DNA of 59,393 nucleotides, filler included, from Stramenopiles sp. TOSAG23-3 (taxonomy: Eukaryota): NCBI GenBank assembly GCA_900128585.1. It is 6 parts of 6 records of this genome, joined end to end, with 100 filler letters (N's around TTAATTAATTAA, not from the genome) between each part and the next. Parts side by side here need not be neighbours in the genome. Positions count along the whole stretch, not along the records: positions 35,746 to 53,421 come from LT642442.1; positions 53,522 to 55,412 come from LT645275.1; positions 55,513 to 57,403 come from LT645276.1; positions 57,504 to 59,393 come from LT645277.1; 2 more parts are not named here. One strand, 5' to 3'. Below the pieces are notes generated by a model. The model was given only the letters and a program-made list of their open reading frames with translations, ran no database searches and was not told the DNA's origin. Within the stretch, counting starts at the first letter, position 1. Each line of letters opens with the position of its first letter. The position numbers and the translations under genes are program-made. Below, one piece after another: positions 52,066 to 59,393 of the stretch.

Positions 52066-52911
52066 ATGAGGGAACAGTTGTTGCAGCGAACTGTGGCCCG
52101 GTTGACCAGCTACGCCGGGGTTGGTTTGCATAGTGGAAAGCCTGTCTCTCTCAAGATATATCCAGCGGATGTGGATACTGGGATTAAATTTGTGTCCCCT
52201 TCCGGTACCGTGACAGCAAATTACCGGAACGTTGTTGACACTACATTATGCACTGTTCTAGGTTTGGGTAAATTTCGTTTGGCGATGGTTGAACACCTTT
52301 TGGCGGCGTTTTCAATATGCGATATACACAACGCAATAGTTTCAGTGTCTGCACAAGAGCTTCCAATATTGGATGGTAGTGCAGCACCTTACTGCAGTAA
52401 TATTGCTGGAACAGAGTGCCAGCCACCAACACCATTGCGGAAAATAAAAATACTGAAGCCTGTACAAGCAGTGCATGGCGATAGTTCGGCGTCACTTTTA
52501 CCGTCGGAAGATGGTTTTTCAATCAGTGTGGACGTGGATTTTTCCCCAAAATTGCCGAGGCAGCGGTTGCGTTACTCGAAAGAAGAGTTTCTGGAGCACG
52601 TCTCTTCTGCTCGAACATTTACATTCGAGTCCTGGATCAGCGACATGAGGGCGGCAGGGATGGCCCTAGGAGGTAGCTATGAAAATGCACTTGTCTTCGA
52701 CGATAACGGCGACATTGTCAATCCTCCTGTGCGGTTTCCCGATGAATGGGCAAGGCACAAATTGTTGGATTGCATTGGGGACTTGTCGTTGGTTGGTGCA
52801 CCAATCGAAGGGCATTATGTTGCTCATAAGCCAGGGCACACGATCAATTTTCATTTGGTGAAACAAATCTTTGACAGTCCACCGAACACAGTAGCCATAC
52901 TTGAGTCGTGA
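52066..52911 (+). CDS. lpxC: UDP-3-O-acyl-N-acetylglucosamine deacetylase
   Basis: QRT...GVGLHSG, VEHLLAA, ELPILDGSA, ARTF, RHKLLDCIGDL, GHTIN: the zinc-ligand and catalytic motifs are present. First ATG 52066. Confidence 0.95.
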   Translation: MREQLLQRTVARLTSYAGVGLHSGKPVSLKIYPADVDTGIKFVSPSGTVTANYRNVVDTTLCTVLGLGKFRLAMVEHLLAAFSICDIHNAIVSVSAQELPILDGSAAPYCSNIAGTECQPPTPLRKIKILKPVQAVHGDSSASLLPSEDGFSISVDVDFSPKLPRQRLRYSKEEFLEHVSSARTFTFESWISDMRAAGMALGGSYENALVFDDNGDIVNPPVRFPDEWARHKLLDCIGDLSLVGAPIEGHYVAHKPGHTINFHLVKQIFDSPPNTVAILES

Positions 52912-53241
52912 TACAATATTTATAAATAATTCGTGTTAAGGGTTCTGGTGGTACTACGAGTTATTTATTATATATTAGAATTTAAAAAAAATTATATAGA
53001 GTTTGCTTTAAGACGACTCTTCTCATTTATACTTGGTACCTACCAAGTAAAAGAAGAATTTTTTTTTTCATTTCTTACACAGCACACGTTGCAGCTCGTT
53101 GTTTACGTTCTTTTATTTCATAGTTATTATATTTTCACAAATAAACCTTTGCGTTTATTTTTGTTTATATGTTGGTTCCATATGATTATTATTTTTTACG
53201 TTTTTTTTTTTTTTAATGTTGCAGTAATTTTTTTAATTGTA

Positions 53242-53420
53242 CCACCGTAATTACCACCACAACTATTGTTTGTCGAGATCGATTTCTTTTGTTGACGTTT
53301 CGTATCATTTAAATTGTTTCAATTATACCATGGCCACCGCAATTGTCACCACCCTGTTCAGGGTTAGGTTTACCGCAACCGCAATTACCACCACCACCAT
53401 TGTTTGTAGAGATCGATTCT
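53242..53420. repeat. imperfect ~45-bp direct repeat (AATTACCACCAC...ATTGTTTGT[C/A]GAGATCGATT), 2 copies
   Basis: Copies at about 53249-53284 and 53383-53418, next to a contig end. Confidence 0.7.
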
Positions 53421-53421
53421 T

Positions 53422-53521
53422 NNNNNNNNNNNNNNNNNNNNNNNNNNNNNNNNNNNNNNNNNNNNTTAATTAATTAANNNNNNNNNNNNNNNNNNNNNNN
53501 NNNNNNNNNNNNNNNNNNNNN
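53422..53521. other. artificial contig linker N44-TTAATTAATTAA-N44
   Basis: Same 100-nt structure. Confidence 0.95.
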
Positions 53522-53745
53522 TATTATTCACAAAAATTGTACGCTGCCAGTTGTGGCCTTGCTTCTGGCCGCATTGCGTACATAAGTTGTCCAATATGCA
53601 AGATTTTGCACGTAGTTTTCAGGTAAATCAAACTTGCATACCATCATTTTGCAAGTAAGAGGTTTCGATCCTTACCTATATAAGTGACCGTGCTTTTTCA
53701 AGTCGTCGTTGATCTAGTGCAGAGCAAGGTCGACTAAAACATAAA

Positions 53746-55206
53746 ATGGGACGCCACCGTAATCGACTTCAACGTAATCGACTTCAACGTCGACGTCACA
53801 TGAATGATGACCATGACGTTGGCGATGGAATGACGATTGATGGGGGAGATTGTGAGGCGGCCATTACTTATTGTGTGCGTGGTCCCCTACCCCCTGGGTG
53901 GTATATTGATCGTGTATGCTGCTTTTGTTCTCTCGCGAAATCCACTGCCGAGGAACGTTGCCAGTCTAGTACAACTACGTATTCTGTTCAAGTTCAAATA
54001 CTTCCGGTTGCAGCAATAACTAACATTGACGAAACCGGGGTCACCCCGGTATTTTCCGGTACTTTCCTCCCACTAATGATTCGTGGCGACCCGGAGAATG
54101 GGAGAGACTATCCCGTGAACGTAGTGGAAGAAAGCCCAAGCCGCTTGGTCATCCGTTTTCCCGACAGTATTGACGTTCGAAAAATCAATATCAGCGTTAT
54201 GTTAGTCGCAGTTCAATCATATGCCCGGACGAAAGCAAACATGTTTGTAGAGAATTTCAACGAGCAATTGCCAACAGTGGATTCAATTTCCGTTGATCAA
54301 GAAATATGCCCGGACAGGGATAAAAGAGAAGGAGAAGACAGAATGAAAAACAGCTGGGCAGCGCCAGACGGGATCGAACTGTTACCTCTGGCGACTTCCA
54401 TCGCCCAGCAACCGGAGAACGAAACGCCGCCAAAACCAATCCTTGTTCGCATGGACACGTTCGTATCTAGGTGCCAAGCACGCGGCTGGTCCATGGGCCT
54501 ACATCGGCCTGGTCCAAATTATTTGTGGAGTATGACAATTGGACGTCATACCCCAATGGCGTACTGCGTTTCTTACAAGGTCGAAGACTTCCAAGCGTTA
54601 CAATCGGCCCACCCAGATGAATTCGTGACACCCGCCGACGGAAACGGCGTTTGCTTCAGCATCTCTCCTAAACATCCCAATCACCCTGACACTTTTCCTG
54701 TGTTTCTAAGGTGTGGACGTTTAAAAGAAAACCTTCATGGCCGAAAAGCACAGTTTAGAATTCTTGATGAGAGCAATCGTGTGATAAAAGAGACAAGAGA
54801 ATTTGTGTTGAAGTACTCTGAGATCGATCAGTGGGGCTTTCCTAAAGCATTTTGGCTAAATACGTTACCGAACTCTTTCTCCATACAAGCTTCCGTCAAG
54901 TTTCCTTCAATTAAAGATTACTTTGAATTTTATAACGTGAACGTTACCCGACCGGAAATAGAGATAGAGATGGATGTTGTAGAAACACCCTTTACCAAGA
55001 GCGCCTCGCAGACGTCTCGATGTTATTTTCGATTTTCCTGTTTATGGTGGTTTGTTTGTCTGGTTTCTTTCTGTATCCTCCTCGGCATCTTTATGACCTT
55101 GTATTATGAGGACGACGGGTGTAGAGACCTCAAGGATTACCGGGCATGTAAAGCTGACACTAATTGTTCGTGGAGTGCTAGTTCTGGGAAGTGTAGGGGT
55201 GCCTGA
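53746..55206 (+). CDS. hypothetical membrane-anchored protein with possible MATH-like domain
   Basis: 486-aa ORF; FPVFLRC...KAQFRILD...WGFPKAF; TM CLWWFVCLVSFCILLGIFMTLYY; short Cys-rich tail. Confidence 0.7.
   Translation: MGRHRNRLQRNRLQRRRHMNDDHDVGDGMTIDGGDCEAAITYCVRGPLPPGWYIDRVCCFCSLAKSTAEERCQSSTTTYSVQVQILPVAAITNIDETGVTPVFSGTFLPLMIRGDPENGRDYPVNVVEESPSRLVIRFPDSIDVRKINISVMLVAVQSYARTKANMFVENFNEQLPTVDSISVDQEICPDRDKREGEDRMKNSWAAPDGIELLPLATSIAQQPENETPPKPILVRMDTFVSRCQARGWSMGLHRPGPNYLWSMTIGRHTPMAYCVSYKVEDFQALQSAHPDEFVTPADGNGVCFSISPKHPNHPDTFPVFLRCGRLKENLHGRKAQFRILDESNRVIKETREFVLKYSEIDQWGFPKAFWLNTLPNSFSIQASVKFPSIKDYFEFYNVNVTRPEIEIEMDVVETPFTKSASQTSRCYFRFSCLWWFVCLVSFCILLGIFMTLYYEDDGCRDLKDYRACKADTNCSWSASSGKCRGA
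53758..53790 (+). repeat. 15-bp tandem duplication CGTAATCGACTTCAA x2 (encodes RNRLQ x2)
   Basis: Read directly. Confidence 0.9.
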
Positions 55207-55412
55207 CCTATAAACCCTATTAATCAATATATAAACAACAACCAGCTTGTTGGTCGATTTAAAACGGTACACCACTACGAAATCGTACAAAACATTGAAC
55301 ATTAAACATTTATTATAAAACGAATGCATCACAATGGAGGAACCCAACAACCCTCGCCCCCAACCCAGGGTGGAAAATATTAAAAACTGGCTGTTATTTA
55401 TAGTATTTGATA

Positions 55413-55512
55413 NNNNNNNNNNNNNNNNNNNNNNNNNNNNNNNNNNNNNNNNNNNNTTAATTAATTAANNNNNNNNNNNNNNNNNNNNNNNNNNNNNNNN
55501 NNNNNNNNNNNN
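55413..55512. other. artificial contig linker N44-TTAATTAATTAA-N44
   Basis: Same 100-nt structure. Confidence 0.95.
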
Positions 55513-55670
55513 AACTTAAATGTTAAAATAATAAAAACAAAAAAGTATCCATCAAATTTTCGTTTCGTTTTGTTTTCTTTTGTAGAAATTTAAATAGATA
55601 CAGTCAAGGAAATACACCATTTGGGTTTAGAAAAGTTAGGTATAAAACGGTCCAGATAAGTAAAAGCAGT

Positions 55671-57403
55671 ATGGGAATTTGCGCGAGCAAGGAAACTCTT
55701 CATGACACTGGCGCATTTAGCGCCGACGCGGGTGGTGCCAACACGGTGGGTGGCGACGCGGCAGCGGCTATGTTAGGCGTAAACACTTTGGCGTCAAAAA
55801 TTGATTTGTACATCTCGTGCACAAACCTCAAAAACAAGGATGTGGGTTCGAAAAGTGACCCGTTTGCGGTCGTCCTTATGCACCGCCTTCAAAAGAATGG
55901 CCAGTACGCTTGGGAGGAGCTCGGGCGAACGGAGATTATTATGAACCAGCTGAAGAATGTAGAGTTTGTCACTCCTATAAAGTGCGTCTACCACTTTGAA
56001 GAATCTCAAAAAATCAAAGTAAAAATTTACGATTGCGACTTGGAGAAAAAAAACACAAAGTCATCGGACATAAACTTGAACAAGAATAGCCACGTCGATG
56101 TCCTGGGAGAGTCTTCCACAATCGAGCTCGCTCAGATAATAAACGGCTACCCGATTGCGGGGCAATGGACGGGTAACTTGACTGGTGGTCGGGGATCCCT
56201 TACCATAAAATCGGAAGAGATGGCCGACCAGAACCAGGTCATTACCATGCAATGGCGGGGGGTAAAGCTGGCCAACAAAGATGGCGTGTTTGGAAAGAGC
56301 GACCCTTTTCTGAAACTTGCAAGGTGCCAAGAACTCGGCAACCCACTTCCCTGTTACAAGACCGAGGTCATCATGAACGATTTGAACCCGAAGTGGGCCC
56401 CTATCAAGGTATCCACGTCGGCGTTGTCCAACGGCGACCCGTACCGACAAATTGCGTTTTCCGTGTACGATTACGACAGGGACGGCGGGCACGATCTCAT
56501 TGGCACCGCAAAAACCTCCGTCAGCGAATTGGACGCAGGGAAATGCCTTCCGCTGACGTCGAAGAGTGGCAAACACTCCGGCGACCTTCTGCTGGACTCC
56601 TTTTCAATAGTGACGAAGCCTAGCTTTATGCAGTACATCATGGGCGGGTGCCAGCTTAACTTTATGGTTGCGATAGACTTTACGGCGAGCAATGGCCATC
56701 CTCTTGATCCGAACAGTCTGCACTTTATGAACCCTCAAGGCAATGATTACGTCCGGGCCATTCACGCCGTGGGAGACGTGATTGAATTCTACGACTCGGA
56801 CAAAGCGTTCCCTGTCTGGGGCTTTGGGGGTCGGCCCCAAGCCGGAGCGCCGGTCAGCCACTGTTTCAGTATCGTTCCGGGTGGAGGGGAAGCCCAAGGC
56901 GTTGCGGGCATTGTAGAAGCGTACCAAAACTGCATTTCTACCGTCCAGCTGTCTGGCCCCACAATATTCTCGCAAGTCGTTAAAACGGCAGCTGCCATGG
57001 CGACGTCAAGCCCCCAGGATGGTTCACACTATCACGTCTTGCTTATGATTACGGACGGGGAGATTACTGACATGGATCGGACAGTTGCCGCCATCTGTGA
57101 ATCGTCCCATTTGAACCTTAGCATATTGATCATTGGTGTTGGAAACGCAAACTTTGACAAGATGGACCGCCTCGATGGTGACGACGGACACATGCGTCAC
57201 CCGCTGTCAGGACAATTGGCTGCCAGGGATATAGTCCAATTTGTCCCTATGCGCAACTTCGCTCGCACTGACTCTGCCCGCTTAACCAAAGAGCTGTTGG
57301 CAGAACTCCCCGCACAAGTTTGCGGCTGGATGGAGAAGAGAGGAATCTTGCCCAGGCCACCGGTCCAAGCAGTTGCCCCTGCGGTTGTCGCAGGACAGCC
57401 ACA
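55671..57403 (+). CDS. copine (C2-C2-vWA), 3' end truncated at contig end
   Basis: KSDPF twice; VAIDFTASNG, YDSDKAFPVWGFG, LSGPTIF, LMITDG, IIGVG, RDIVQFVP; N-terminal MGICAS acylation motif. Confidence 0.96.
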
Positions 57404-57503
57404 NNNNNNNNNNNNNNNNNNNNNNNNNNNNNNNNNNNNNNNNNNNNTTAATTAATTAANNNNNNNNNNNNNNNNNNNNNNNNNNNNNNNNNNNNNNNNN
57501 NNN
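57404..57503. other. artificial contig linker N44-TTAATTAATTAA-N44
   Basis: Same 100-nt structure. Confidence 0.95.
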
Positions 57504-57504
57504 T

Positions 57505-59393
57505 ACAGAAAATGCTTCGCTGCACAGTTCCCTAGAGAGCTGCACCATATGCGGGGCAGGAAAGTACCTACATGATTTTGCGGCCAACCGTGACCAGCAT
57601 GACCAGGAAAGCGACTGTAAGGGCTGCGGTGAGGCGAAATACCTAGAAGATGACGCTTTCGACGCTACCCACCACGTAAGTGAATCAAATTGTTCAACCT
57701 GCCATGAGGGCACGTATAATGACCAAATCGCTCAGCAACTGTGTAAAGTATGCCCTGCGGGGAAATACAATCATTTCAACAATTCGGACACGGCAAATCA
57801 TGATGTCGAGCAGGACTGCGAGAGCTGTGATATTGCAAAATTTCTATATGACGACCGAGAAACCGCGGCATCCCACGACTCAGAAGATGACTGTGAAATT
57901 TGCCCTGCTGGATCGTGGAATGATGACAAAGGCCAACAATTGTGCAAAGCTTGTTTGGCCGGGACGTACTTGGGTGATGCAGGGACGTCCATACAAATGC
58001 ACGATTCTTCAGACGATTGTGAAATTTGTCGTAAGTAAGCTCTTCTTTTCATTACTCTTCGTCGTTCTCTGCTAACACACATTTCATTTTGAATCGTTAA
58101 AGCCGAGGGTCGGTATTTGGCAGACTCTACGAACATATCTAAGCATGTCGATCTAAACAGCTGTACGATATGCCCAGGGGGGTCCTACATGGTAGAGACG
58201 GAAGAAACAGAGCGGGAGAAAAAACGGATAACGCACGACAGCGTGGAAGACTGCACGATCTGTCCCTCCGGTAAAATAAACACTGATCCTGGTCTAGATG
58301 TTGACAAACACAACAGTTTGGACGACTGCGTACAATGCGGTGTTGGTACATACCTTGCGGACGATGGTTACGATTATCTACTGCATGATAATGATACAGA
58401 TTGTACGCAATGTCCCAGAGGGAAAATTTCACAGGCCCTTGGGGCGACTAGTGATTGTGAATGTTTGAAATGCGATGCTGGGCTATTTTCGAACGTGCGT
58501 GGGGCAACCGAATGCAAAACATGTGAAGCGATGACGTACCAAGAAGAATCTGGCGGTCAGATTTGCAAGGATTGTGCGGAAGGCACCGAGTCTCTGCCAG
58601 GCTCAGTCATATGCAGTACTTGGGACACGTTTGTGGGGCTTCCGTATCTACCACAAATGATTGAAGATAATTTGTTCTCGTACGAACTCAGTTTAACCAA
58701 AGCTCCTATTTCGGCGACAGTGGTAATGAACCTGAGCAGCTCCAATGAACAGTGCCAGGTACCTCCGTTGCAATATACGTTTGATGAAAGCAACTGGAAC
58801 CAAAAGATTGAGATTGTCGTTTCCATTTTGAATGGCGCCGTATCAACATCGAAAGGCAGCGAACTTGAACCAGGGTGCAGAATTCGTCACCACGTATACA
58901 GTGCCGATGAAATATATAGTAATCGTACCCACGAAGACGTCAATATACGACTGTTCTCAAAAGGCTGCGGCATTGGAGAATATCGTGGGAAATGGCCCAG
59001 AAAAACCGAGAACGAATGTATCTGCAGTGTAAGATTTTACAAGCCGCCTTCCACCGACTGTTTGGACTGCGTCGAAGGCATGGTCTGTAACTCGGCAGGT
59101 GTTGAAACTCCCGAAGTAGCGCCTGGTTACTGGAGACACACACCGGAATCTCACGATTTTGAAACGTACAAGCTGTATGAATGCCTTTTACCGTCGTCCT
59201 GCACTGGCGGCAACAGAACACAGGGGCGTTGTGCTGCCGGGTATGCAGATGATAGCGCGCTCTGCGCCGTCTGCGCGGACGGTTACGTCATGCAACAAGG
59301 CTTATGCAGTTACTGCCCAGAATATAAACCGAGTGCCCCTACTATGCCTACCGGCGATCTGTTAATAGCTGGAATAATTTCCTTGCTGCTGTT
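57505..59393 (+). CDS. partial large Cys-rich repeat surface protein (CxxCxxGxY repeats); exons 57505-58030 and 58103->59393
   Basis: Manual translation: TENASLHSSLESCTICGAGKYLHD...DCEIC/PEGRYLAD...PGYWR...LCAVCADGY...LLIAGIISLLL. Open at both ends and absent from the ORF track. Confidence 0.88.
58031..58102 (+). other. 72-nt spliceosomal intron
   Basis: GTAAGT donor, GCTAAC branch site at 58071, AAG acceptor. It contains an in-frame TAA, and its removal restores the repeat (CEIC-P-EGRY). Confidence 0.88.

Noticed and set aside
53595-53640. Imperfect inverted repeat TATGCAAG...CTTGCATA upstream of the 53746 gene
   Set aside because: Only an 8-bp perfect stem, single occurrence, and no RNA-family features.

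Overview
Gene-dense, almost intron-free nuclear DNA of a unicellular eukaryote in the standard genetic code. A heterotrophic flagellated stramenopile is the best guess, inferred from gene content only. About 26 protein-coding genes sit in GC-richer coding blocks. Long, very AT-rich microsatellite-containing spacers separate head-to-head genes, and short spacers separate tail-to-tail genes. The window is several contigs joined by an artificial 100-nt N44-TTAATTAATTAA-N44 linker (five times) plus one plain N gap, so adjacency across those points is not evidence. Recognisable products: ankyrin protein, dual-specificity phosphatase, papain-family protease, JmjC protein, PC4/Sub1, F-box/Kelch protein (split reading frame), CPA-family cation/H+ antiporter, canopy-like saposin protein, two-pore channel, LpxC and copine. 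The most unusual items are multidomain architectures: (1) 3xFYVE-3xIPT-pseudokinase-HECT E3 ligase; (2) a secreted copper-monooxygenase-like protein with a haem-type DOMON inserted inside it; (3) pseudo-receiver-TPR-2xCNB; (4) AP2-ELM2/SANT-PHD-BRK-like; (5) an antiporter with a repeat ectodomain; (6) a surface protein with a cationic amphipathic helix, EGF and two CRD-like domains. A large Cys/His-Asp repeat gene missed by the ORF track runs off the right end. A dispersed ~25-35 bp non-coding element (AAACAAAAAATTGGCTGTTATTTA) occurs four to five times. No rRNA, tRNA, CRISPR array or transposase was seen. All domain calls are by-eye motif recognition, not database searches.
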